NCBI GenBank assembly: GCA_002104905.1
Contig: MCFE01000011.1
Location: 124,001 to 188,000, forward strand
Direction: 5' to 3'
DNA: 64,000 nucleotides
Source: Basidiobolus meristosporus CBS 931.73
Lineage: Eukaryota; Fungi; Basidiobolomycota
Positions 40,600 through 53,679 of this stretch are shown here, one piece after another. The translations under genes were made by a program, and so were the position numbers. A model generated the notes under the pieces. It had not been told where the DNA came from. It ran no database searches and was given only the letters and a program-made list of their open reading frames with translations. How positions within the stretch are numbered: position 1 is the stretch's first letter; every line of letters starts with the position of its first letter.

Positions 40600-42400
40600 T
40601 GTGTATTTCTTCAGCCAGGCAGAAAATATCATTAGTGTAGGACACATTAAACACAAGATGCTTTCAAGAGGTTGAGATGAAGGTTGGGCAGAGTATCTTC
40701 AACGCAAACCATTATATCCTCAGCATCAGTCAATGTTCATATTAGCCTGCATACATCTACTCCAAAGCTTGTCCAATCGGAATAACCCATATCGTTTAGG
40801 CACCTTTGATCTTCTCTTGGGCTGGTGACATCACGGGAAATATCTAGAGTCTGAATAGTCGCGGAGACTACGAGCCAAGTAGGTCCCAATCCCCAATCAT
40901 TACACACCCGCATGGACATAACTCTGCTACAAGCTACAACACTCCAAAAGTCCATACTTGATGTACTTGGCAAAGCCCACCCTTTGGTGGTCAACTCAAA
41001 ATACTTGGCATCTTACGCTCAAGGAGTAAGCCAGGTTAGACTTCTCAAATATCAAGTATATAGTCTCAGTTAATACGTGATTGTATAGTTTAGGCTCCTC
41101 GTATTAAAAAGCACAAAAGGTTGTAAACCCCCATTACTTCAAGGATGAGGGTGTAGCCCATCCATTCTAGGATGACATCACCTTCGGCCCATGTATGATT
41201 TGAAATATCCCTCTGAAACAGTAGTGGCTCCAAAGGTAATGGAGTAGGGAAGCGGGCCAGTATTCTAGGATCATTCAAAGGGTGGTTGAGATAAACTTGT
41301 TGCTTGTAAGACACTCTTGGTGGATCATTAATTGTCTTTGTGGGGATGTTGCTGCCAGATACTACAACCGCCATTGGAAACACATACTTGCAATTATATC
41401 AATGGTGTATTCCTCCTGAGTTCATTGGCAATCTCATCTTGAATCATTGTTTTGGCTCTCTGGCAAGCTTCAAAGCGATTACAAATGCGAATAAAGATCC
41501 GTACACCTTCTACATAAGCATTCTGGTGCAACTTTGGAACCCCAACTTCGCTTGTTGGTCAAGGGTCATGCTTTTAACGTATGAATCCAACGGATCCTGC
41601 GGATACCAATATACTTCAAACAAGGGATATTCTTTTCCATTAGAAAACATCAATGAGTCAAGCTTTGACTCTTCCTATGGATGCGGATGATGTCTTCACA
41701 GTCCAAGAGTGACCAATGCGGGGTCTGTATTGGCACAAGCTCTGTTGTTGATGCATCTCATTGATTTGCACAAAGGGATGCAAAGGTCATAGAATTCTAC
41801 TTGGTGGAAATGTAACCATGAAGCTCACATTGTACTGGCTCTCAGGAATCTAACGGAGGAGCTTTGGGGCTCATTCGGCAGCTCTCCAGGCGAGAATCTT
41901 TATCAACAACACTGATGTTACACCATTGAGAATACTCATACCACTGAAAATCTACGGGATCAGGATATGGCTCAATGAACCTTTCATTTCCAACACATAG
42001 TCTTGACCTAATAAAAGCAATGATAGTGGGGTACAGGACATGGTAATAGTTGTCATGTATGCGGATGTGATAATGAGTTACGGAAAGAATCCTCGATACC
42101 AGTGGCCCATGATTTTCACGTTGCAATTTCCTGAATATAGTAGAATTCCCATTTACTACCGGCTTGATCCGCCACTGAATTTGGTAGTTATCGAATAGGT
42201 ACTCCTGTTGCTCGAAAGAATTTGATGCGGCTTAGGGTTCAATCAAAACAATCGACGAATAGCATCTCGAATGGCCGTGAGTAAGTCAAGCGTCTTCCTG
42301 TAAAACTCAAACCATCATCAACAGGTCCTCTAGTACTACTTCCTGAGTATTCCGTAGCAAGCAATCTAATATATCAACAGGATATGCCTATCCAATTACA
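40600..42400 (-). pseudogene. Probable degraded gene of unknown family
   Basis: Several protein-like frames (FDNYQIQWRIKP..., EYPLFEVYWYPQDPLDSY, LHQNAYVEGVRIFIRIC..., HTWAEGDVILEW) broken by stops and shifts. Confidence 0.25.
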
Positions 42401-42996
42401 TCCCTGGTTGGCTCGTAAAAAGTGTACCACAGAAAGATCATACCGTACAGTGTTATTGGATTCAAAATTGCCGCAAGGTTCGAGTTGTGCTTGAACGTGA
42501 TGATTGAATCATGCATCCAAATTCCTTTGTTCCATTTACAAATCCTGTTCTATCTTATGAGTAGTGTTCCCTCATCCTTATTACCCAATGCATTGATCAA
42601 CTTGATCTCTACCTGCCAGAATGTCGTGACTTTCGCGCATCTGTGGTACAGCTGTTTTGGGCGTGGAGCATATCCTAAACAAGTTTAGAACTTTCCAAAA
42701 ATTTGCAAGCCCACCGCTGGATTTTTATCGGTCTTGTCATATCTAAAACAATAATACCATGATTCAACTTGCATGATATCAAGGGAAATCTGGTTTTGAC
42801 CACAATAATCTTAGCAATTCCGTCATAGATGAAATACCCAATGAGTATAAAAGCAAATCCTTGAGGGCAACGCTTCTCATCTTTCTTGGTGCTTCCGGTA
42901 TCCTGCAGTTGGCATTTTAGCTAGCCCCGAAGAATTATTATAGCGCTTCAAAATAAAAGTGTGTATTTCTGCCCTGCTATTCTTTGATCCTCTGTA

Positions 42997-44094
42997 ATGC
43001 CTAGTCCGCGGTTAACTCATAGTAGTTCGTCAATCAAAAGTAAAAATAGCTTGGATATACTAGTATCAAGCAACGCTCTTACTTTATGTGGCAGCCCCGA
43101 AGAGTCAGTCGGATGTGTGCTTACAGGAACCCTGGTTTTGACTCTGGTCGAGCCCATGAAGCTTAAGTCCCTCCGGTTGACCTTTCTAGGTACTGTTATG
43201 ATGAATCCTATTGACGGTAAGTACCTGCTTCGCTGCTTAGATATCAATCGAAACGACAACTAAGTCCAGTTGCATCTTTCCATAGGCGATTCACCAAAGG
43301 AAATTATTCTTACTAAGAAACAATGGGTGTTTCTCCAGTCGCAGAGTACTTCGTATTGGCTCGAACCAGATCAATATATGTACAACTTCGGCATTGTTTT
43401 AAGTGGCGATTTCCCAGAATCTACCCGTGTTCGGCATGGCTGTATCAGCTACAAACTGATTGCCGTTGCAGAGCGTCCTGGCCTGCACTTCAACATAAAG
43501 ACCCAGAAGACAATAGACGTCAAGAGAACCTTGGTGAATTCGACCGAACTCTGGATGGGATCTCATCCGGTTTCAACAAACTGGGACAACCGCCTGCTCC
43601 TCTCGATCTCTATTCCATCGCAATATTTCAGCATAGGAAGCAACTTGCCGTTCTCCATACAGGCCACTCCACTTGAAGCCGGTCTAAACATCGTGCGGGT
43701 AAAGGCATTTTTACGTGAAGTTGTAACGTACTCTCTGGGTCGGTATGCACGACCGATTACCCGATGCTATGGTCTAAGCATCTCCTATGTTGATTGTACT
43801 GCAAACCAACGCAATCTGTGGGAGCTCCAAGGTGTCCTGTCCATACCCAATCGTGCAAGCCATAATTGCGAGACTGGGTATATTCGTGTGGCCCATCAGT
43901 TGGCTGTTGAACTTCAAGTAACGGACGCAAAGAAAGCCTCCAAAACCATTTGCATGACTTACCCTATTACTCTGCTATCACCAATTCATTACGAATTGGC
44001 ACAGTCACCTCCTAGTTACCTACATCACAGCGAGCTTCCGGCCCCAGAACTAATGACCCCACCTCCACCATACAGTTCATTCACCCCGTGGTGA
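42997..44094 (+). CDS. Alpha-arrestin (ART/Rod1-like), 2 exons (42997-43216, 43286-44094)
   Basis: LCGSPEESVGCVLTGTLVL, YNFGIVLSGDFPES, ISYKLIAVAERPG, NCETGYIRVAHQL; PY motifs PPSY and PPPY. Confidence 0.88.
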
Positions 44095-44638
44095 ATTTCC
44101 ATCCATATATATTACTGTCTGCTTTACCGTGATGTACGAATAACACAAGTTCTTTTAACGTAAATATCAAGTTTGTATTTGTACTTGTAAATATCAAGTA
44201 ATTTGAAAATCGCAACCTCAATAAATATCGATCTCATTTGTAACAAGATTCTGGAATTTCACGAGTGACTTGATTATCTTAAGAAAACAGCTTTGTGCTA
44301 CGCTTAGGCTTTATGGAAATTTTTCAAGTGCTTTTCATTTGTGCTACTTGTGAGGAACACAAGGTGTAAAACAACTACCAAGTTCTAACCATTATTGAGT
44401 GTGAGAATTGACTAATACAATAGTTTATTTTCCGATGAACTAATAGGTGAATAGAGAGTGGATTTGGGATTCCAGCAAGTGCTGTAGGATGTGGAGGTAA
44501 TTATAGAATACGGCATAATTTAAAGAGTATTAACCCGTGACCTCTTCAGGCTGGTGAGGAGTTTATTTGGTGTAGTGGCATCGCAGATGGTTATGGTGGA
44601 TTGAGGCGGACTCTTGTGAAGGCAGCGAAAAATCTTCA

Positions 44639-44881
44639 TCACTTGTGTTTGCAGGGAGTAGTCTGACGAACCAGTTTTTTATATTTGTCAAATACTATGC
44701 AGAGTGAATCGTAAAGAGTATCAAACTGCTCTTCCTCCGTAAACTGCTTGAATTCCTCAATCGTGGGCAAGGCCTCACGTCGGGGCGGAGGAAGAGCAGG
44801 CTCAAGCGAATAGAAAGTCTGGAATTGACTGTACGATTGATATGACTTGTCAGCAAGTGAGATCTTTAATGGGCCGGGCAT
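44639..44881 (-). CDS. Small hypothetical protein, 80 aa
   Basis: Clean ATG-to-stop ORF with protein-like composition (LPTIEEFKQFTEEEQFDTLYDSLCIVFD). CpG retained, unlike the decayed flanks. Confidence 0.4.
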   Translation of the reverse strand: MPGPLKISLADKSYQSYSQFQTFYSLEPALPPPRREALPTIEEFKQFTEEEQFDTLYDSLCIVFDKYKKLVRQTTPCKHK

Positions 44882-47196
44882 TCGCTTATTTAATGGGTAT
44901 ATTTTCTAAAGCAATATATTAATGAAGAGGTCAACAATCAATAGCTCCGTGCTTGATTGAAAAGGAAAATGCACAATTCTCTACTTGTATGGACAGTTGT
45001 GGGTGGTTCTTCTGTTAAAATCCGCATTTTATAGAATTTGATGAAATGAACGTAAAAAACAAGCCAATCAAAATGAGCAAAAATGAGTTTAGGTGTAAGC
45101 AAATACGGGCTATACGAAGCCTGATTTGTCAAGTCATCTCCTCAAATAATGATTAGATCAAGCTGCGATTAAACTCCTATGCTTATAGTGGAATCCTGAC
45201 ATCGATTTTACGCAGCATCCTATTGAATCATAATGAAGAGTTTGCCATGCACTCGTTTGAATTTCGATGTGGAGAAACTTCTCTTCTTCTCCAATACCCT
45301 CTTATGGACCATCCGAGATGCATGAAAATCATCTTTCCATCTAGATTTACTAGTGGAAAGTGTCAACTACATGAGGCACATTCACAGGCTTTGGGTCTCC
45401 ATAATTCTACATGGAAGGTCGAATAGGAAGTGTCACCCATTTGACGTGCGTATGCTCATTGCTAGTGAAGCTCATCCTAGTAACTCTTTCGAGTGCTCCT
45501 CCTGGGGATCTCTCAGGACTTGATTAGCCCCAAGGCACCATAGATCGTATCTAAGCTTAAGGGTTAATCGATGAGCATTTGCCTGATACGTTTAGGAGAT
45601 TTAACCTTGTATTGGATGTCCAATAGCTTTGTCAGCTCTGAATTTCTTTTTGTAGGGATGATATTTGTGTCTGTTATACCAAACATTCACACACTTCATA
45701 GGAGTCAGCTCAACAAAGATATGATGCAAACAGATTCCAAGAGCGGAGACTTGTTCCGGAATATGGCAATTTCTTTAGAAATTCGATGACTAGAGTCTTC
45801 GAAGGTTGAACATGAATCAAAGATGCTTTCCATCACAAACCGGTTCATTGTCAGCATATAGAAATTTCTATCACATTTTGAATTCGGACAAATTGGTGAT
45901 TCACCCCTTCACACATTCCATCCTTTTGTTACATGCAATCCCAGCTGGTTTTGGAAATCAGCGAGCCTTATCCACATATGTCAGGGTGAGTCTGTCATAT
46001 TAGTGTAACCTTGGTGAGGCAGAACCGAAATAAATTAATCACTTGGCCGAGATCCGAACTGTGGATACCATTATGAATCAGGTAGATGCATCACCTCAGA
46101 AATATGATTTTAATATGCATCATATTGGGCGCTATCCACGACGCATCAGTAGTATCGCATCATACCCATACCTCGCCATTATCTCTATACTGATCTTAAA
46201 ATTGCAGAATTTTTCTGTTATGTTACTAGCATTATCTTCATTAAAAATGCCAATTTCCTCATTGATTTTGATTGCAAAAAATTTCATATATGAACGACTT
46301 GCTAGCGGGTAAAAACAATAAAGTGAATGTATACTGGACACTAACAAGGATGAGCAACACGCACAAAATCTAGTTGGCTCTCCACCTCTACTGTGCAAGG
46401 TCACTTACATATATGCGGTTGTTACTATGACTAAAAAATCTAACAAGTTGACTTGGGAGTTAGGAAACAGCTTGTAGACATATAGCCTTTCTGCAATGCC
46501 AAGTAGAACCTTACACCTGATGAAAATCCTTGATGCAAACTTATTCAAGCTCAACAAGATATGGTATTATTACCTGGAGAGAATCATACAGTTGGATATT
46601 AGAAGACAACTCTACCAATTTGTTGAGAAAACCCCTGTGAAGCTACATTTAAAGCTTAGCTGGATTGGAGAAGCTTAGGAGTCCTCATGGTATCACAGAC
46701 TCAGTAAGCTTGTCTGGGAAACCAAATCTTCAGTAAATACTTTACTATCTACAGACTGTTGTAAATATTTGGTATGCACCCAAATCACTCAAATACCTTA
46801 AGATTCCATTAAGCCTCCCTATCAAAAATCATAAACTTGGAGTTTATCTGATAATTTGCTGGTATTCTGCTGGCATTTTAATGGAATTTTGCTGGCACTC
46901 AGCTGGTGTTTCTGCTCAAATTTTTATTTGCTACTTTTGGTGGAAGTTGTGAATGGCTGATTATCAAATTTGGTGTGTGTTAGTTTGCTCAGTCTCCACC
47001 TTGAGAATATGTCTGCTTGTCTGCCAAATAGCTAGTATCTGAATTTTTTAAGATTTGTGGTCAATGAGCTGAGTGGCTAAGTTAGGTGTATATTAGGTGT
47101 AATTACAAAATTTGCAACACTAAGTAAGTGCTAGACAGCTGGCTAGTGAGTGTCCAAGGTGTGTGTAAAGTAAATAGATCAGGTACACCATGAGAA

Positions 47197-47690
47197 TGTT
47201 GTAAGAGTCTTGGAGATATTGGAAGTGATTGGGAGAACAAGTAGATTATGTGGTTTTCACTTAATGATTTATTGAATGTAAAAGTAGTATTTATACTTTT
47301 ACATGGTCTTGGCATAGCAAACACGTAGAGTAGGTTAAGGGAGGTTCCAAGAACATGTGTGCAAAGTTTGGGGCTGTTTGGGCAATTTTGACAATTTTCA
47401 TGTTCTGGGTACCTGGTATTTTGGTGAAAATATTTCAAGTAAATCCCGACAAGGAATTTGGTCAGTATTCTTTAGGATTTGAAGGTAATGATCTAAGTGA
47501 CTAAGTTAGGTGAATGTTTAGGTGGAATTACAAATTTTCACAACAGAGAATGTGTATGAAGCTTGGGGACCATTGGACAACTTAGAGAATTACCATGTCC
47601 TGAGTATTGGATATTTTGGTAATATTTTAGGTAAATTGCAGCAAAAAATCTGAGGAAGAAACTTCAAGATTCATAGACTATAATTAAGGT
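47197..47690 (-). repeat. Copy of the unidentified repeat plus a tandem partial copy (47545-47690)
   Basis: TGTTGTAAGAGTCTTGGAGATATTGGAAGTGATTGGGAGAACAAGTAG...; carries track ORF 47103-47438 (KYFHQNTRYPEH...PKLCTHVLGT...YLFSQSLPISPRLLQH). Confidence 0.88.
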
Positions 47691-47924
47691 AGCCAAGGTA
47701 ATAATATAGTCAAGTGAAACTACAAAATTTACAATATCTTTAAGGCAATAATACTGTTAGCTAGCTCATTTGTGCGGGAATCAATGCATGAATTCCTAAC
47801 TGTCCAGACATCTGCAGCAGTGAGGTCAATTTCATCTTCCTCTATTGACAATGGTATCATGGAAGTAATTTGGAGTCATCAGGGACATGATGACTTGTAT
47901 CTATTGATATATAGAGTTGAAATT

Positions 47925-48272
47925 GTTGTAATTATCAAGTTGTCACCTAAATATTCATGATAACTTAGTCACATAGATCTTACTCTTTGATTAGCTTTCT
48001 GTCTTGATCAAATTTCTTGTTGGGATTTACTTAAAATATTTTCACCAAATTGTCAGGTACCCAGATTACAATCTTTCTCAAAGTTGTCCAAAAGCCCCCA
48101 AACTTTGCACACATATTCTTGGGACTTTTCTTAGCAAACTCTACATGTTTGTTTGCTCCATTTTATCAAAAGTATAAATACCATACTTTTGATCAATAAA
48201 TCTACAAGTGAATAACATGTAAATCCTCTAGTTCTCCACATCACTTCCAATACTCCTCAGAATATTGCAGCA
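47925..48272 (+). repeat. Inverted copy of the repeat
   Basis: High identity to 38790-39131, e.g. ATCAAAAGTATAAATACCATACTTTTGATCAATAAATCTACAAGTGAATAACATGTAAATCCTCT. Confidence 0.88.
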
Positions 48273-48807
48273 GAAATAAGGTATATACTCTTTTAAATGA
48301 GCTTTGTAGTTGATAAGAATTATGAATAAGGTTCGAGGCAGTGGCCAACTTCAATATTTCCACAATTTTAAAGAACCAGCTGGCAGCATATAAAGCCATT
48401 TAAAAGCTCGATATGCCTCAGCCTAAATGAAGATGTTCCATCTCAATAGATGAGTTATTAGGCACTGAACCAATTAATTGTATTTGGGGTAGAATCCAAT
48501 TTTGAGATTTCTGTTGGGAGAGATTATGATGTGACCCAGGGTAGGCAACAATACGGAAATATGCATTCGGAAATAAATACTGATATATATATTATGAAAC
48601 AGATATGGAGCCATTATGTTGCTTGTCACCATAAAGTGATAGAAAATAAACTGAAGCATTTTCAAAATATCAGGAAGGTTAGCGGTCCAATGCAACAGAT
48701 TTGAAGATTGTCAACACAATTCTATTAGAAAATGGCATATGATGAATGGAAGGTGATAGGCAATAGTTTCTAGGTTGAAATATGCTATAAATGCGATGTG
48801 TATATCC

Positions 48808-50640
48808 TTAAAGCATGGTTCTAATGGTTGAGGCGGCGATCTTGGTGACTGGATGAACCCGTCGCTCTGGCAACTCAAACGTACTCATATCTAGTTTGTA
48901 CGAGTAGCTTCGAAGATCCTCAATTTCCTAAAGCAAGATGTTATTCATCTGGTGAGTACGTCAAGTGAACTTAGTAACTATTACTTGATGTAACTCTTGC
49001 TGCAATTTAGAGTTGTTAGTGACTCCTATTACCTGTGACTCAAGGTCACGCTGAACAGAACGGTAACCGAAATTAGGCGATCCGATCGTAAAAACACTTG
49101 GGTGGGTGCCATTATTCAGGTAACACCACAAGCCTAAGTAATGCCAGATGAGCTGGGGGTATCCTGCTGTATTGCTGAGTTCGAAATTACCTTTAGCATG
49201 ATATGTCCATCCATTACGTTTGTACTCTTCGATTTCAATGAAGTCTTGTTTTCCGGTGGCCAGAGCTTTCTTGAAGAATTGATGAGTGAAGTACGTGTAG
49301 GCAGGGGGGATATATTTAGAAATCCCCTTGGAATTAAAGAATCCATTGGCCTAACAGAAACTCAGCAATTGTTCACCATTAATTCATTACAATGAGAACT
49401 GACCTCTGGAGATGCCGCTAAGAGCCTGAATTTTCCATTTGACTTCAGCACCTCATCGATGTACTCGCGCGTAAAATTAAAATACCCAGATGTGAGCTCT
49501 ATACGCGACTCTTCCTCAGCACCCAGAATTTTGAGAAGCTTCATCATAGTGCGCTCGTCCTGGTGAATGTTAAAAAGACCCATTTGCACAACGGGGAACA
49601 CAATGGTGTCATGGTTGATCGAGTTTGGGTTTTCTCTCAACCGATTTCTCAGCGGCAATGTCCGATTCAACCATTTGTCAAGAAAATCTTTAGTAGATCT
49701 GTGTGCAAAATTATGGAAATCTCGACTTTCATGAACCGGATCTGGCGACTTGGATATCAATGTATCATAGCCAGCTGTGGTGGGTACTAGCTGATACGAA
49801 TAATTTTGTACGACCTCCAGTAGTTGGGAGTAATATTCACTGAGTTCAGCGGCACTTTTGAAGTGAATGTAACGATCTTGGCGATTTGTGAAATAATCTC
49901 TGCTTAAGTTTGCTCTTCAGCCAACAAAAAATATTAGTTAATGCAAAACTATGCAAGGAGAGCCTAGTTCACTTACCCGCTCAAAATTACTTCATCATCG
50001 AAGATGTATGCTTTTAAATGCATCACTCCAATACCCTCGTTGAAGCGCGCAGGCAGTATCTTTTTCAGAAGCCCGTTCAATTTTGGCGTATGGTAAAGGC
50101 CTACTTCTACGCGTCCAGGGAATTCTTTGACAAGTGGTAATAACATGGTGGCTGAAGAAGCGCCGGTAGCTGATTCGCGTGTGCCACGCAAGCCATCTAG
50201 AACTAAACGAACTTTTAAGTCCTTGTTCTTCACAAGTGCTTGATGAAGTGTATGAATCTATTCGATTAAACGAGTTGAATAGGTGAGAGAAAACTCATTG
50301 TCTGCAAACAAAATACCAGCTCTGATTCCCCAGTTCCAATATATAAAGCACCCAATTCAACTCGGTGTTTGGCTCGGAGAATTCCATTCTAGAATATTGG
50401 CAAGAGACCAAACCAAAAAATCAATAACTATGCGAAACTGAAATGGAGATTTCAGACTCAGCCTACCTTTAACTCGTTGTAAAATGTTGTTGGGGTTTTA
50501 AGAATTTCAGTGTTTTCAGCATTGATCGGGATTGCCGGGGTTTGCGCGGCCAAAGGCGAGAATTTTTGGAAGCTCGAGTAAAAGCGGTTGGAGCCAATGC
50601 TCCAGCAAAGTATGCTGGGAGTCTTGAGTGTACGAAGCAT
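48808..50640 (-). CDS. PGS1: Mitochondrial CDP-diacylglycerol--glycerol-3-phosphate 3-phosphatidyltransferase (PGP synthase), multi-exon
   Basis: Presequence-like N-terminus, ILKTPTTFYNELK, LYIG, LVLDGLRGTR, RFNEGIGVMHLKAYIFDDEVILSGANLSRDYFTNRQDRY, TSGYFNF, LLAASPE, GWTYHAKG and GSPNFGYRSVQRDLESQ. Confidence 0.93.
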
Positions 50641-51644
50641 GGGCTTATTGATAAAGTGTATCTGGCCAAGGTTGTGCTTTGCTACTTGACTAGGCTATTT
50701 TCGGGAGCAGAAATTTTTCTACCAACTTTTAACTGTGAGTTATGACTGAATTTGATCAAAATCTGTTTAAGTACGAGATTAGATAACCAAAATAGATTCT
50801 CTAATCAAGATTGTTACTTCAGATAAACTATCTATTAATTGGTGCTGTAGATGACATCTCAAATCATAGAAACTTGGCCATAGTATGTATGCCCTCCCAG
50901 TGTGCACGAAGTTACGAGCAATACCTATCTGTTAAGATTAATTTACAAGCCCAGTGTAGGGACCTCTCAATGTTCAATAGAAATGACACGAAAATAAAAG
51001 CAGTCGTTACACTTGTTGGTCGTAATTAGGTATATTGTTGAAGTATTCTACCCTATTCACTCCATGTATACCAATACCAGCACAGCCATCAACCCAAAAT
51101 TACCAAACAAAGCTGCAGAATGTATGTGCTATATCGCTCCCGGTCGTTCCATCGCTGACAATGGACCTAAGCTGTCCAAGCTCAAATCAAAAATCTCGGT
51201 GCCAGTAGCCCTAACTTATCTTCAGTTGATTTAATTAAGATGATGCAACCAAGGTTACACCCCGCCCTCTATATTAAGGTTGAATTAGCGTTTAGCTATA
51301 CCAGTGTCATTTGAGGTTATGTCAATTTGAAGCAATTCAAGACTTTTATGATCCAATCAAGTGTCATGATGCTCGATTCTGTTTCCATATGCGATACATT
51401 TAATTATTTTTCTTCCAACTATCACTAGGGATCAAATCAGCCTTGTGAACTTTCTTATATGACGACATGAACATGGTGTTTATCTTGAACTGCAAAATCA
51501 ATTCATGGCAAACACTGCTGACTACATTCCCATATTTGGAACCATTACCGCATACTATTTTTCAGGATTAATGACGATACCTTGGTTGAGAAGTATAAAA
51601 CCGCAACTGTGATATAGGTTGACATCAACATTCGAACTAGCTCC

Positions 51645-52730
51645 ATGCCCCGTACTCATAGCCACGATTACCAAGAGCCTTTGCGGACTTCAATACGTCA
51701 ATTGACTTTTAAGCAGTATCTACGTAGGTACTGGTCCGACTGGGTACTACTGATATGCACTGCCGCTCTAGGGTTTGGTCTATACGTAGCGCCTCCAGCA
51801 CCTAACAGACTTTTCCCGGTCTATTACGATATCAAAAACAACATTGGCGAAACTCAGCAAACTCCTTCTGACTTACATATACTTGCTAATCCCGAGAATG
51901 CCTATCCCATCAAAAAGGAGATCATTCCCATGTGGTTGAGTGCTTTCCTATCATTTATATTCTCATTCCTGACCTTCATTATTGCACAATACTGGAAGCG
52001 CTCCTGGACTGACTTCCATTCAGCATTGATGGGGCTATTCTATTCCTTGGGTGGATCAGGACTATTCCAGGTGTTTTGTAAATGGCTAATAGGAGGATTT
52101 CGTCCACATTTCTTGGAGGTGTGCAAACCAGATCTAAGCAGGATCAGCCAACCAGGCCAAGGATATGATCACATATACTATGACCGTTCGGTGTGCACTG
52201 GGGATGAAAGGGAAATCAATGATTCACTGCAGAGCTTTCCGAGTGGACACTCCAACGCCGCATGGGCTGGCCTACTCTTCCTCTTTTTCTACCTGAATGC
52301 CAACTTAAAACTCTATTCACACCGTCGCACTCCTTACTGGAAACTCCTGGCAACCACATGGCCAATTCTTGCAGCGTCATTGATCTCACTTTCGAGGCTT
52401 TTGGACTATACGCATCATTGGTATGACATATTTGTTGGGATGCTTATTGGGTGTGCATACGCGATTTTAAGCTGGCGTATGCAATATGCGTCAATCTTCA
52501 ATTGGCGAATTAACCATATTCCTCTTGATGAGTACAACTCAGAGCTAAACCAGGATGGTCTTCCTTATCACCACAGACTTGGATTAAATGAAATCCATCA
52601 CTCAGACAGCTCGACACATCATCCAATGACGGAAAGTAGCTCGACGAATGGCTATCACAACTCTGGTCTGAGTCGGAACAATAATCCTCACACCACTATG
52701 AAACCGGAGACAATGCAAGAGCAAGTGTAG
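51645..52730 (+). CDS. PAP2-family lipid phosphate phosphatase (DPP1/LPP1-like), intronless
   Basis: Three PAP2 motifs (KWLIGGFRPHF, SFPSGHS, SRLLDYTHHWYD) and six TM segments. Confidence 0.95.
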   Translation: MPRTHSHDYQEPLRTSIRQLTFKQYLRRYWSDWVLLICTAALGFGLYVAPPAPNRLFPVYYDIKNNIGETQQTPSDLHILANPENAYPIKKEIIPMWLSAFLSFIFSFLTFIIAQYWKRSWTDFHSALMGLFYSLGGSGLFQVFCKWLIGGFRPHFLEVCKPDLSRISQPGQGYDHIYYDRSVCTGDEREINDSLQSFPSGHSNAAWAGLLFLFFYLNANLKLYSHRRTPYWKLLATTWPILAASLISLSRLLDYTHHWYDIFVGMLIGCAYAILSWRMQYASIFNWRINHIPLDEYNSELNQDGLPYHHRLGLNEIHHSDSSTHHPMTESSSTNGYHNSGLSRNNNPHTTMKPETMQEQV

Positions 52731-53679
52731 CCACAATTGATCGATGTTTCTATAGTGCGTATGATAATTACTTCAACCATCAGTGCATGTGTCAATGCAC
52801 AGAACACCAAATACTTGTTTAAATCTTATGGCCCAAGCAACGTGTCAATACTGTTATAATTTCAGCTGCCTTATACCTCGAAAATAAATATGTAATGAAT
52901 ACATCATATTGAAATCTTTAACCTTGGCTGTACTAGTCCCCAATGTTAGTGTTGTACTGATTTTTGAAAGAAAGGTATCTTGGTAATAACATTACCCAAC
53001 AGAAATGTAAATAAGCAATATATTAATACCGTTGCAATTTCTAGTGATGCTACATCCATTTTCTGTCTAAAAGATTACCTGTTGCACCAAGAGTGGTATG
53101 TAATGAAGTGGTATCAAATATTCTGCATTACTTGATAGCCATAGCGTACTGGCTGGTGCCAGAATTCCTATTCCTGAATGTATTTGGTGTTCAATGTTCT
53201 AATTCATGAAGAGTCACAATACTGAAACCCTTTGATGATCATTTCCTGTGTAAAGGAATTGCCCCGAATACCTCAAGTAGTTGGCGAATGGATTGTTGTT
53301 GATGATAGAACCTTTCAAATGATGACAAATCTATTTTTATAAAGGGGCTTGATTTGCCCATATTTTAATTTATGTATCTGTCCCAACCAGGATTTCAATG
53401 ATTATTAAACTGAAAGCGCCATTTTCCCATAATACGAAGTTAACATTAAAAAGTACATCCTATGGTTTGGTCACTTCCACAGCAAATTAGTATCATGTCC
53501 ACATGTTAAGTTTACAGGTAGAAAGTATATTATATAAGTGTTTAAAAGGTTAAATGTTGCGGTTTCTGTACAAAGTAGAATAGCAAAAAATACAATAAAA
53601 GCGAAGACTTTGTATGAGGAATGTATATAGGTGGAATGAATATCTGCATGCGGAGCCTGAGGCAAATGGAGCGTCTAGA

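Noticed and set aside
47103-47438. Reading the repeat ORF as a CACTA/Plavaka or SWIM zinc-finger transposase fragment (CQNCPNSPKLCTH, PISPRLLQ)
   Set aside because: The Cys/His residues are not conserved in other copies (SQSC, KP*TR) and may be deamination products of Arg codons; no DDE core nearby.
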